The notes under the pieces: model-generated
The model's database searches: none
Told to the model about the DNA's origin: nothing
The model's input: the letters and a program-made list of their open reading frames with translations, nothing else
In this document: positions 20,977-29,795 of the stretch, in pieces
How the letters are laid out: the number at the start of each line of letters is the position of its first letter
Position numbering within the stretch: position 1 is the stretch's first letter
Program-made: the position numbers and the translations under genes
IMG/VR virus record: IMGVR_UViG_3300017754_002866
Coordinates: 1-46,228 of that record
DNA: 46,228 nt
Direction: 5' to 3' (one strand)
Source: a virus
Lineage: Duplodnaviria; Caudoviricetes

Positions 20977-21109
20977 AGCAGTACAACAATCGATAGCAAA
21001 AAAGCAAGGTGTTAGCTCGGCTGTTGCTGGAGCCATCCTTGCTTCTGCTACACGTAAAGCGTCACCCGCAGCTAAAAAGGCTAACCCTCGCCTGAAGAAG
21101 GTAAAGTAG
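20954..21109 (+). CDS. Small basic phage protein (51 aa, not in ORF track)
   Basis: Hand translation MKSHPGFKAVQQSIAKKQGVSSAVAGAILASATRKASPAAKKANPRLKKVK; GAGG upstream. Resembles a recurrent small phage family (HPGFKAV...AGAILA...NPRLK). Confidence 0.65.
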   Translation: MKSHPGFKAVQQSIAKKQGVSSAVAGAILASATRKASPAAKKANPRLKKVK

Positions 21110-21416
21110 GAAGCTCCCACTTCTTCTCTTCACCGGGCGTCCCTACAGTCAACGATATACCAGGGGCTATTAGCACTTCATCTGTTGATAGCCAATCTGG
21201 TAACTCATCGTAGTTAATCTTTAGCATCCCAAGTTTTATGCCAGCACGTAATGGATCGTGCACGTCGAGTATCTTGTAGACGTGCCATAACTGTTGCTGT
21301 ACCTCAGATTGAGTTATCCCTAATCGCCGAGCTGCGACTGCTCTATCTGGATTGATGATGACGGATGCAAGTATCTGCCTCATCCATGGAGATACCTTCT
21401 TCCTTATTACTCTCAT
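21081..21416 (-). CDS. LuxR-type HTH transcriptional regulator
   Basis: AARRLGITQSEVQQQLWHVYKILDVHD...AGIKLGML matches the LuxR/GerE HTH pattern; ATGA overlap with dnaB. Confidence 0.65.
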   Translation of the reverse strand: MRVIRKKVSPWMRQILASVIINPDRAVAARRLGITQSEVQQQLWHVYKILDVHDPLRAGIKLGMLKINYDELPDWLSTDEVLIAPGISLTVGTPGEEKKWELPTLPSSGEG

Positions 21417-22735
21417 AGTAGTCCTTGAATGTATGTACTAAACTTACCGATGCTTGGGGTGTACTCTAGAATCGCTGTACCCACTGGGCCGTTTCTGTTC
21501 TTGCCCACGATAACTTCACATTCATCTGTATCAATGTCTGAACGCTCACTCGATGCCATGTAGTACGAAGGTCGGTACAAGAACATAACTACATCAGCAT
21601 CGGACTCAATATCACCACTCTCCCTGATGTCACTCATCATTGGACGCTTGTCATCTCTCTTCTCACTGCTTCTGTTTAGACTGCTGAGTGCAATGACAGG
21701 CGCCTCAAGTTCACGAGCAAGAGCTTTGAGACCACGACTGACTTGACCAATTTCCTGTGTTCGGTTTTGACCAGGGGTGGATATCATTTGCAGGTAGTCA
21801 ACGACAACTAGGTCGCATCCACTGCTCGACGCTAGACGTAATGCTTTCGACCGCAGACTTTGCATGGACATAGGATTGCTAGCTGCAAGGTACAGACCAC
21901 TGTCAAGTAAGTCAGCACGAACACCACGTAGCCGTAGACGTTGTTCCATTGACATGACGTTGTTCTGTATCTGCTTTAGGTCAATGCCCGACCTCAGTGC
22001 CAACAGTCGCTGAGATGTCATAGTCTCGGACATCTCAATGCTCACAAACAGAACTTTCTTATCTGACATTGCGGCGTTGAGACTTAAATGTAATGCGAAC
22101 GCAGACTTACCCATGGATGGTCGGGCGCCCAAGATTATCAGCTCGCCCTTACGCCATCCGCCAATGACATCGTCAACATCCTTCCACCCACTACTGATGC
22201 CAGCCATCTTGAAGTTAGATTGCCTAGCATCAATCTCATCCAGCACAGGTTTTATCGTGTCATCTACATGGGTGTATGAATCACTGTTGGACAACCCTGA
22301 CAACGACCGAGCTGCCGATATGAAGTTATCTGCGATCGTTGGTGGGTCGGATTCATCTTCCTGTGCTTGCTCAATCATCTCTGACGCCAGTTCGATGATT
22401 CGGCGTCTATCTGCGTAGTAGCGAACAGACTGTGCGTAACTGACAGCATGAGATGTCGATGGGACTAGCTCGCCAATCTGCATGATGTATGCCAGACCAC
22501 CAACGGAGTCAAGGATGTTCTGCCTGTCTAGTTCATCCCGAAGCGTGACAATGTCCAAGTCAAGGTCTAGGTTAATCACATTCCGCATGGCTTCAAAGAT
22601 ACGCCCGTTAGCCTCACGGTAGAACTGCGAACCGGATGTAACTACAGTGTCAACCTTCTTGTAGGTCTTCATCCCACCTAGGAGAATGCTCCCCAGAAGG
22701 CTCATCTCTGATTCGATAGATACCGGAATCTTCAT
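21413..22735 (-). CDS. dnaB: Replicative DNA helicase DnaB
   Basis: Walker A GARPSMGKS, SIEMS, VVVDYLQ, ALSSLNR, RPMMSDIRESGDIESDAD, KNRNGPVG. Start placed at MKIPV. Confidence 0.97.
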   Translation of the reverse strand: MKIPVSIESEMSLLGSILLGGMKTYKKVDTVVTSGSQFYREANGRIFEAMRNVINLDLDLDIVTLRDELDRQNILDSVGGLAYIMQIGELVPSTSHAVSYAQSVRYYADRRRIIELASEMIEQAQEDESDPPTIADNFISAARSLSGLSNSDSYTHVDDTIKPVLDEIDARQSNFKMAGISSGWKDVDDVIGGWRKGELIILGARPSMGKSAFALHLSLNAAMSDKKVLFVSIEMSETMTSQRLLALRSGIDLKQIQNNVMSMEQRLRLRGVRADLLDSGLYLAASNPMSMQSLRSKALRLASSSGCDLVVVDYLQMISTPGQNRTQEIGQVSRGLKALARELEAPVIALSSLNRSSEKRDDKRPMMSDIRESGDIESDADVVMFLYRPSYYMASSERSDIDTDECEVIVGKNRNGPVGTAILEYTPSIGKFSTYIQGLL

Positions 22736-22997
22736 AGAATCCCCACTCCCCCTGAACGTCAGGGTTCTGACCGAACCATAAGCCATACTTAACGGCTACT
22801 CGGTCTAACTCAAACTCAATAATGTAAATGATGTCTGTTGGTTGTGCCGCCTTGTAGTCACGTATCACTGCGATATATCTGTGACGCGGGATGTACAAGA
22901 CGGCTAGAGACATTAAAGCTTCGACGGCATCATTGTCATCATTGACGCCGTGAAGAAGTGCACCACTACGAGGTGATTGCGTGGGTCTCCGTGGCAT
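22650..22997 (-). CDS. Hypothetical protein
   Basis: 115-aa ORF filling the gap between the loader and dnaB and overlapping both; start uncertain. Confidence 0.5.
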   Translation of the reverse strand: MPRRPTQSPRSGALLHGVNDDNDAVEALMSLAVLYIPRHRYIAVIRDYKAAQPTDIIYIIEFELDRVAVKYGLWFGQNPDVQGEWGFYEDSGIYRIRDEPSGEHSPRWDEDLQEG

Positions 22998-23508
22998 TCA
23001 GCACCGTTCGTGCTCTATCCAGTAGCGGATGTTTAGGTGGGTTGACTAGTACATGATCGAGGTCAGTGTTTGCCATCACATGATCGAAGCATTCGTTGAT
23101 TAGTCTCTGGTTTTCTTCAGACGTGCGTGACCGAATAGCATCCCATCCGCCAATCGCTTTAATCAGATTGGGTACGAGTGGATGCAGTTCACCACGAGTA
23201 ACCGCAAGTGCGGTGTACTTTTCACGTTCGGTATGCATAACTCTAGTTATTATATTTGAAATCGTCGTGTAGATTTGCAGTGGGGTCAACCCTGGCACAA
23301 TCGCATCCAAGACGAGCGTACGAAGTTTAGCTGGTGTTGGTCGAAACTCGCAGGTTGCCAGAGCTTTTTGGACTGCATACATTACACAGTCATCGTGCCA
23401 ATCTTTCATGGCTACTGCATACATCACAGCAACTCTCTCGTCCCATGGCTGTTGTGCTGGCATAACCGCAAGCAAATTAGCAACAGTGGTAAACACAGAA
23501 TCCGTCAT
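22966..23508 (-). CDS. Putative helicase loader/inhibitor (G39P/lambda-P-like)
   Basis: CEFRPTPAKLR motif and IGGWDAI. Lies between initiator and dnaB; strong RBS GAGGAG. Confidence 0.65.
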   Translation of the reverse strand: MTDSVFTTVANLLAVMPAQQPWDERVAVMYAVAMKDWHDDCVMYAVQKALATCEFRPTPAKLRTLVLDAIVPGLTPLQIYTTISNIITRVMHTEREKYTALAVTRGELHPLVPNLIKAIGGWDAIRSRTSEENQRLINECFDHVMANTDLDHVLVNPPKHPLLDRARTVLNATETHAITS

Positions 23509-23543
23509 TTGAAACTCCTCAATTGTTTATACACGTAAGTATC

Positions 23544-24374
23544 CTAGTTGTCCAACCCTTTGGCGATTCTCAGTGCAGACATCGCACCCTGGCTAATCTG
23601 ATGGACTGCCATCATAGCCTTTGGTAGCGTTGGTGCAGTAGCCGCAGTCCAATGACTCCAAAGGGCGTTGATCGTTACCATCTCACGTTCCTTCCACTTA
23701 CCTGCGAGGTTACGAGATGCTTGCCTGACTTGTTCGGGCGTTATTCCTCGATGAACCATTTGCCTAAGGACGTGATGAGCCTTCTTCCATTCAGCCAGTG
23801 TGTAATCTCCAGCCATTGGGAATATCTCCTGCCTCCACGCCAAGAACAGAGGTAATGCAGGGTCATCATCCTTTGGAAGCTGAATTCCTTTTCTCTGTCC
23901 CCTTTGGGGACTTATAGGGGATATTGTTCTTTCTGTTTCTTGTTCAATGTAATGGGGGGTATATTTTTTATCCCCCTCCAGGGGGGTAATTTTTATACCC
24001 CTCCCCTCACCTTCAAACTGAACGAGTTGTTCATCACTTGGCATCACGACATACAGGTTACTAGTCTGGCGTCCAGATGGTGTATGTCGCTCAGAGATAA
24101 TGAGCACCCGCTGGCCCTCAATTTTGACCTCTGACAGGCGTTTGATAGCGGACTTGACAGTTTGCTCACTAAGCCCTGTCTCTGTGGCTAATTTCGCCAA
24201 GCTAGGCCAACAGACATTGGTAGAACCAACGTGCATCGCTAAGCAACACAGAACCATCCAGTCAGACGGCTGAAACACGTTCATGTAACGCAAGAGCTGC
24301 GTATCCATTTGAATCCATGCGATGTCCTTGTGACCGCTCGCATGGAAACTGCGTCCGTTGAATATGCCAATCAT
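23544..24374 (-). CDS. Phage replication initiator (N-terminal winged HTH)
   Basis: CWPSLAKLATETGLSEQTVKSAIKRL...TSNLY. Start taken at the ATGA overlap (24374). Followed by loader and helicase; contains iteron-like repeats. Confidence 0.8.
   Translation of the reverse strand: MIGIFNGRSFHASGHKDIAWIQMDTQLLRYMNVFQPSDWMVLCCLAMHVGSTNVCWPSLAKLATETGLSEQTVKSAIKRLSEVKIEGQRVLIISERHTPSGRQTSNLYVVMPSDEQLVQFEGEGRGIKITPLEGDKKYTPHYIEQETERTISPISPQRGQRKGIQLPKDDDPALPLFLAWRQEIFPMAGDYTLAEWKKAHHVLRQMVHRGITPEQVRQASRNLAGKWKEREMVTINALWSHWTAATAPTLPKAMMAVHQISQGAMSALRIAKGLDN
23954..24007. repeat. Putative replication origin iterons inside the initiator gene
   Basis: Two tandem 27-bp quasi-palindromic units, GGGGGGTATATTTTTTATCCCCCTCCA and GGGGGGTAATTTTTATACCCCTCCCCT, next to a T-rich tract (23924-23945), as in lambdoid origins. 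Confidence 0.65.
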
Positions 24375-24925
24375 CTGTACGGGCACCTGTCGCATAGGTC
24401 TGGTGAGTCAATGCATTCGTTAGCATTCTTGAGAATGCGTTCAGCCTCAAGAGGAGTCATGCCCTCAGGTACACGTATCAGTTCCGATTGCTTCCGATTG
24501 ACTGGTTCACCTTTGACGTGAACAGTAAGTTCATCTGCTGTCCAATCATTCTGTTGTGCAAGCATAAGTGCACGGCTCTGCTCAGAAGGATCGAGGCGAG
24601 CAACCGCACGATGATGCGTCCAACTGAGTAACGGCTGTCGATTAATCATTGGGATTGCATTGCTGACCCATGCGTAGTTGGCAAGAGCTTGGTAGCTGTG
24701 ACCCGTTGCCTCCATAGCCTGGGCATACTTCTCCCCATACTTCCGTTGCCCATAGTTCAAGGCATCACCAATGGCAAACTGCATCGCTGTTTCCAAGCGA
24801 CTGATAGTAGCCATCAACCGAAACCAATCCTCATATGGGATGTCAGACGTGAAGTCAACGCCGACATCAGAGATGCGTACGCTGTTAGGGATGCTGTTGA
24901 TTTGTACGTGTACTAATTCTTCCAC
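24371..24925 (-). CDS. LmbU-like transcriptional regulator
   Basis: QFAIGDALNYG..KYGEKYAQAMEATG.SYQ.L.NYAWV....R...LSWTHH..VARL is the LmbU family signature. Confidence 0.75.
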   Translation of the reverse strand: MEELVHVQINSIPNSVRISDVGVDFTSDIPYEDWFRLMATISRLETAMQFAIGDALNYGQRKYGEKYAQAMEATGHSYQALANYAWVSNAIPMINRQPLLSWTHHRAVARLDPSEQSRALMLAQQNDWTADELTVHVKGEPVNRKQSELIRVPEGMTPLEAERILKNANECIDSPDLCDRCPYR

Positions 24926-25050
24926 TTATCCTCACCCTTTCTAATGTCATCGTCAATCGTCTGTGCAATGTATGCTAAAACCAAAACCGGGGTGATCATT
25001 ATCACCCCGATTACGGCCGCAACTACCAACGCTACGGTTTCCCAGTTCAT
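24913..25050 (-). CDS. Small single-pass membrane protein (45 aa, not in ORF track)
   Basis: MNWETVALVVAAVIGVIMITPVLVLAYIAQTIDDDIRKGEDKWKN; ATGA overlap with the upstream gam-like gene. Confidence 0.55.
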   Translation of the reverse strand: MNWETVALVVAAVIGVIMITPVLVLAYIAQTIDDDIRKGEDKWKN

Positions 25051-25649
25051 TCGTCTGCTCCCACGGTTTTGATGACGTATTTTGTTTCTTCTGGTGTAAC
25101 GTCAAACCCATGTATGGTTGCCTTCGATGGGTCAGCAATCATCTCCTGCTTAATCTCTTCTGGAATCAAGCTAACCAAGACAGATGACCTTACCTTGATT
25201 GCACCAGGGCAGTGGTCTTCAGCCCAGAATATCGCGGCTTCTTCATGCCCAACGCTTACCTTTGCCTTCGATTGGCGAATAGCAATGTCACCCCATGGCG
25301 TGGTCATTGTCTTGACCCGAAGTGTTCCATCAGCCTTACGTGGCAGGTTGTTTTCAGCGAAGCGTCCAAGTTGATTCTGGTAAGACTGCAACAGCCAGTT
25401 CTCACGGTTTTGCAGTCGCTTCAACTCACGCTCTTGCTGTTTGATAAGCAGGTTGTACTTTGCTTGGATGCCAACCATCTTTGCTTTAGTCTCAGTGATC
25501 GCCCTCATGACAGCCAAAGCTTCTTCTTCAGATGTCACCTCAGGTGCAAGCCATCGAGACTTTGGACCGGCATACTCGCCGGTCTCAGGGTGGTACAAGT
25601 GCACCACCCCATCATCCTCGATCTCAACCCATTCGATTGGCTCCATCAT
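25047..25649 (-). CDS. gam: Host-nuclease inhibitor, Mu Gam-like
   Basis: Long coiled coil followed by KTMTTPWGDIAIRQS...; adjacent to an annealase gene. Confidence 0.65.
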   Translation of the reverse strand: MMEPIEWVEIEDDGVVHLYHPETGEYAGPKSRWLAPEVTSEEEALAVMRAITETKAKMVGIQAKYNLLIKQQERELKRLQNRENWLLQSYQNQLGRFAENNLPRKADGTLRVKTMTTPWGDIAIRQSKAKVSVGHEEAAIFWAEDHCPGAIKVRSSVLVSLIPEEIKQEMIADPSKATIHGFDVTPEETKYVIKTVGADE

Positions 25650-26284
25650 TCCACCACCTTGACGATACGTCCTTCGACCAAGCCGTTGATGAGTTCGTTC
25701 GCTTCATCGAACGTACCGCATTCGCTTAGTGTCTTTGCGGCGGCATAGACTGCTTCGACTTCGTAGTCTTCACGACCGCTTAGCATCTGGTAGATGCGAG
25801 CCGAGTCTTCCTTGTCCATCTGACCCCAAAGGCGTTCAATCTCCTGCTTGATAAGAGCACCTGCTTCACGCATCGTACGCTTAGGTTGGGCTGGAGCTGC
25901 CGGAGCTTTCTTAGGTGCTTCGATTGGAGAATCTACAATGCGTGGGTTCTCAACACCTGGCACAACCTCGTCAAATTCTGGGGCGAACTGGGTTCCATAG
26001 CCAAGAATGCCCAAGGCACGTCCGATGGCGCCGGTTTCTGCCTTTTCCAAGAAGTCACCAAAGCCTTTGATGTCTTCCATCTTGGTGCCTTCAGCCTTGA
26101 CAACACCGTTCTGGTCAGCGATCGATGCCTTGCAGATAGCGTACTTGGCATCCATGTCAAGCTTGATAATGCTGGTTGTGATTGCCCAGTCTGGGTTCTC
26201 ATCACGGAACCATACCAAACGGTACTTGACTTCGAGATAAGATTTCCCCTTCAGGGAAATGAGATGGTCATTTGGGTTAAACAT
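25646..26284 (-). CDS. Rad52/Sak-like single-strand annealing protein
   Basis: LKGKSYLEVKYRLVWFR...KAETGAIGRALGILGYG matches phage Rad52-like annealases; strong RBS. Confidence 0.65.
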   Translation of the reverse strand: MFNPNDHLISLKGKSYLEVKYRLVWFRDENPDWAITTSIIKLDMDAKYAICKASIADQNGVVKAEGTKMEDIKGFGDFLEKAETGAIGRALGILGYGTQFAPEFDEVVPGVENPRIVDSPIEAPKKAPAAPAQPKRTMREAGALIKQEIERLWGQMDKEDSARIYQMLSGREDYEVEAVYAAAKTLSECGTFDEANELINGLVEGRIVKVVE

Positions 26285-26564
26285 TGAAACTCCTCTTTAC
26301 CAAACGGATGAACCGTTCAATCTGATTTGGCTCCGGCATTGGCTTGTATGTAGCACGGAGCGCCCTAATGGTTTGGATAGCTGTAAGCGTAATGCGGTCT
26401 GTTTCAAGGGCGAAATCGCAAAGCTCCTGAATAGCATCCTTGCTCTTGAATAGAGTGCCCATATCTTCATGTGCACTGTACACAAGTTCTTGTGCCGCCA
26501 AACTGACGGCTTTCTGTGCACTGAGTAGGCTGGCAGCCAACTCGTCAAACTCCTCTAGTGTCAT
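26277..26564 (-). CDS. Hypothetical protein
   Basis: 95 aa, AGGAG RBS, packed in the operon. Confidence 0.7.
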   Translation of the reverse strand: MTLEEFDELAASLLSAQKAVSLAAQELVYSAHEDMGTLFKSKDAIQELCDFALETDRITLTAIQTIRALRATYKPMPEPNQIERFIRLVKRSFNV

Positions 26565-27267
26565 CGTTTACTCCTAACCTATTAAGTAACCCTTCTTCAG
26601 GGTCTGTCCCGAATACTGCATCCTGAGTGGCTGGATGAAGGATGAGCGATGACTTGATGTCATATATGCGTCCTTCATAGTTCAAGTATGTGTAGTCAGC
26701 ACCCCACTCAAAGAATGTCCTAGTAACAAACTCAGCAGATGACGGGCTAGGGCATTCTACGTCACAGCATCCAATCCCCGCAAGTAACCCAGGTACATCT
26801 TGATTGATGATAGGGTTGCCAATTTTATCTGTGACCCACGAGCCATTGACTCTGCATCCTACAGCCAGGGTGTATGGGTCAGAGCACAGGTTAGATGTGG
26901 GAGTCCAGTGCAAAGCTGATGCAACCCAACCGTTACCACCAGAAAGGCAAACGAATTCGCCATCGATCTTGAGACCACGGGCATAGTAGCCAAGTGTTTG
27001 CCATGAGAGTGCCTCGATCGCAATGTCTTCGATGCCTTGGTTCTCAATGGTTTCAGCAAGCATCTTCTCGGCGCCTTCCAGCGTTGTAGATGCGAGCACA
27101 AAGCTAACTTCATCAGACCCAACGCACAATGCGGAGAAGACGTTCTTGTTTTTACTCTCACGGCAAATGATGTACACCTGTGTGTGTGGAGCTGCGTCTA
27201 CATCGTAGTTCCATGCGTCACGTTTTATCGGCAAGAATGGTAGTGTTGGCACGTTCAAACCCCTCAA
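26545..27267 (-). CDS. Hypothetical protein
   Basis: 240-aa ORF packed in the operon; start uncertain. Confidence 0.7.
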   Translation of the reverse strand: MRGLNVPTLPFLPIKRDAWNYDVDAAPHTQVYIICRESKNKNVFSALCVGSDEVSFVLASTTLEGAEKMLAETIENQGIEDIAIEALSWQTLGYYARGLKIDGEFVCLSGGNGWVASALHWTPTSNLCSDPYTLAVGCRVNGSWVTDKIGNPIINQDVPGLLAGIGCCDVECPSPSSAEFVTRTFFEWGADYTYLNYEGRIYDIKSSLILHPATQDAVFGTDPEEGLLNRLGVNDDTRGV

Positions 27268-27628
27268 TCTTTTCTACTTGTTCTGGATTACCCAGAAGTG
27301 TCTCAGCTAACTTCATTGCATCTAGCACTTGACCAAGGTTACGACAGATGCAGGTCATCCCTTGGTGAGCAAGCATGGCTTGCTCTTTCCTGACAACACC
27401 AGTGGCTGTCTTCAATTCAATTCCTAATCCAAATGGAATCTTCCACCACGGAGCATGGATGTATAAATCAGGTAGTCCGGGTGTGTTGCCTTGCCAACCT
27501 GTGGCATAGGACTCTGTCCCGCAACGCTTGCATCGCTGTTTAGATCTAGCCTTACCTGTCTCCAGGATGGTGTATCCAAGGAGGGCTAGGCAACTGCGAG
27601 TCATGTTCTGAAGGGCACTTTCGGTCAT
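27218..27628 (-). CDS. VRR-NUC (PD-(D/E)xK) nuclease / Holliday junction resolvase-like
   Basis: MTES..Q, PGLPDL, GIELKT...EQ motifs, with an inserted CxxC. Confidence 0.75.
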   Translation of the reverse strand: MTESALQNMTRSCLALLGYTILETGKARSKQRCKRCGTESYATGWQGNTPGLPDLYIHAPWWKIPFGLGIELKTATGVVRKEQAMLAHQGMTCICRNLGQVLDAMKLAETLLGNPEQVEKIEGFERANTTILADKT

Positions 27629-27630
27629 GG

Positions 27631-27708
27631 TATACTCCCCCTGAACTCCTCAGTTCGAAACTCCTCACGGGTGGGGGTGCCAAGCTCCTAGTGGCATCCC
27701 CTTTTTTC
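27631..27708 (+). ncRNA. Candidate antisense small RNA (promoter, anti-SD motifs, terminator)
   Basis: TGGTATACT extended -10 at 27628-27636, three CTCCT motifs, and hairpin GGGGGTGCCA...TGGCATCCCC followed by T6. Confidence 0.4.
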
Positions 27709-27724
27709 TACCCGGCGTAGAATA

Positions 27725-28237
27725 TCATCCCTCCTCCCTTGAAGCATCATGCACCCACCTCCACAGGTATCTGGTGATTTCTGGTGTGATTGCTACACCA
27801 TGTGCTCGCCTGTAGTTGGTTACCCGCATAGCGATACCAAGTGTGCGCGGATCCGGGGCACGAAACACCATCTCACGAAATCCTGTGTCGGTTTGCATCA
27901 CATCTATCCACGCCGCGAATGACGGCTTGGGGTGTGTTGTTGCGTCCCACAATCTGCGGGAAGGTTTGCATTGCTCGCCCATGTTTCGGCTTGTTACGAC
28001 ACCAGCCTTGATACCGATCGAGGTTCGAAGCTTGAGTGGGTAGTGCCCATTCAGGAACCTCACCCACTCTGTAGTTTTCTGTGCCCTGGTTGGCGTTACT
28101 GCTGAATACATCTCAACGTAGCCGGTGGATTTTAATTCCTTCATGGCAATGATGTATTCGGTCAAGAGGAGACGTGCCTGATGGCGATTTGTGCACCATT
28201 CAGACACGCCCGGTCGGCAGACCTTGTAGATTACCAC
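27725..28237 (-). CDS. Hypothetical protein
   Basis: 170-aa ORF collinear with the operon. Confidence 0.65.
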   Translation of the reverse strand: MVIYKVCRPGVSEWCTNRHQARLLLTEYIIAMKELKSTGYVEMYSAVTPTRAQKTTEWVRFLNGHYPLKLRTSIGIKAGVVTSRNMGEQCKPSRRLWDATTHPKPSFAAWIDVMQTDTGFREMVFRAPDPRTLGIAMRVTNYRRAHGVAITPEITRYLWRWVHDASREEG

Positions 28238-28653
28238 CGTGGTTTGACAAGTCCCTTGATGCGGTCACGGCAGTAGCCACACTTCCAAGGTGGCGTCCAA
28301 TCACCTTCAAGGAATGCGTCGATGATTTCATAGACGTATGCCTTACGCATACTCTTAAAGTCCATGGATGCGTCATCGTGGTGTGTTCGCACGACAATAT
28401 CCATGTCTGCATTAATGTAGACCTCGTCATCAACCTGTGTATCGAGAGGAGAGATGCCGGGGGTAACGATGAAGCTGCATAGCTGTAACTTCCAGCTCTT
28501 CCATACGATGCTGGTCAGTGGTGCATCTTCCCTAAGACCCACACGCACCTCGATCTGTGCGTAAGCGTCTGTCAGGTGCTCAGGGGATGAATCCTTGATG
28601 CGATTAATCAGCGTGAGACTATCTTTGTGATACTTGTTTAAATCGATGTTCAT
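28231..28653 (-). CDS. Hypothetical protein (C-terminal CxxC)
   Basis: 140-aa ORF collinear with the operon. Confidence 0.7.
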   Translation of the reverse strand: MNIDLNKYHKDSLTLINRIKDSSPEHLTDAYAQIEVRVGLREDAPLTSIVWKSWKLQLCSFIVTPGISPLDTQVDDEVYINADMDIVVRTHHDDASMDFKSMRKAYVYEIIDAFLEGDWTPPWKCGYCRDRIKGLVKPRW

Positions 28654-28674
28654 TTTGTTTCTCTTTTGATGTCA

Positions 28675-28699
28675 GACATACCTGCGGTATGTGTGTGTG
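28675..28699. repeat. Hairpin repeat copy 1 (GACATACCTGCGGTATGTGTGTGTG)
   Basis: Near-identical copy at 30677-30700. Perfect 7-bp stem ACATACC/GGTATGT; intergenic. Confidence 0.7.
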
Positions 28700-29074
28700 C
28701 TAACGATCGAACCAACCTTCGCAGGTGCATTCGAACAGGTACGCAAAGGTGGATTTACGATTGATGGTGTAGGTATCGTCAATGAGGTCGCTAGTGGAGG
28801 AGAGAAGCTCCTCGTCGTTGTCAAAGATTAACTCTACAGGAATGCCACACTCCTCAGCATGAAGCGTGAAGCCAGTCAGGAAGACGCCAACCATCAGGTC
28901 GCAATCATCGTCGCTATACTCAGGCCATGCTTCCAGGACTGCTTGTCCACACACGCTGAGAATATCAGCCAGGCATACAACGACAGGCAGCTCTGGCCCA
29001 TCGACGGTGTAGTGCCCTTGTGAGTCCCACTTATCCTGGAAGGATGTCTCCCAAACTACCAAGTCTCTGTTCAT
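28700..29074 (-). CDS. Hypothetical acidic protein
   Basis: 124 aa, AGGAG RBS, Asp/Glu-rich. Confidence 0.7.
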   Translation of the reverse strand: MNRDLVVWETSFQDKWDSQGHYTVDGPELPVVVCLADILSVCGQAVLEAWPEYSDDDCDLMVGVFLTGFTLHAEECGIPVELIFDNDEELLSSTSDLIDDTYTINRKSTFAYLFECTCEGWFDR

Positions 29075-29127
29075 AGTATTCTCCTAGATCCACAGGCTGA
29101 CCGGAGCCAGCCTGTGGTGTGTTGGTG

Positions 29128-29586
29128 CTACTCGTCGATGCGGAATCGACGTCGAAGCTCGCCATACAAACAGCCGATGACCTTGTTGAGGTTGTCAGTG
29201 TACGAATCATAATTGATGGTGAATTCGCCAGCGTCAACCCAGCCATCTGTCTCACCGCCGTTGCACTTGGCGATTTTGGCAGCCAGCACAGGGTCAGCCG
29301 AATCGAATGCGTAGCCACATCCCTTGAATTGAACCAGAGCACTGGGGATGCCATTGATACGGCTGAACTTCACACGTACCTTGACATTGAGCGTGACCCA
29401 TTCACTACCGAACGGGTCACAGGTCATGGCGTCCAATTCGAGCACCTTTGGTGCTGTGTTGCGGACACGTTGTGCAATCAAGGTCAGCGCCGTGCCAGCA
29501 CTAGGAATCACGCTGGCGATGGCTGATGCGACACGGATGGCATTGTTCGTCAATGCCGGATAGTCAGATGCTAATATGTTGCTCAC
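29128..29586 (-). CDS. Hypothetical protein
   Basis: 152 aa, GTGA overlap with the upstream gene. Confidence 0.65.
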   Translation of the reverse strand: MSNILASDYPALTNNAIRVASAIASVIPSAGTALTLIAQRVRNTAPKVLELDAMTCDPFGSEWVTLNVKVRVKFSRINGIPSALVQFKGCGYAFDSADPVLAAKIAKCNGGETDGWVDAGEFTINYDSYTDNLNKVIGCLYGELRRRFRIDE

Positions 29587-29792
29587 TTCACTTGCTCCAA
29601 GTCTGCAACGGGGATGTACCGTTGCACGTCAAACCCGCATGGCTTGCCCCATTGCCAAGCTTCCATCGAAACGAGCACCTCTGCGGCGTCATACGAGACA
29701 ACGCCGGGGGCTGGTGCAAGGACCGTGACAACCCGCAAGGGGTTGCCACGATACATCAGCTTTTCTCCTACTGTCACGGGTTGCTGTTTCAT
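29583..29792 (-). CDS. Hypothetical protein
   Basis: 69 aa, tightly packed between neighbours. Confidence 0.6.
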   Translation of the reverse strand: MKQQPVTVGEKLMYRGNPLRVVTVLAPAPGVVSYDAAEVLVSMEAWQWGKPCGFDVQRYIPVADLEQVK

Positions 29793-29795
29793 CAG

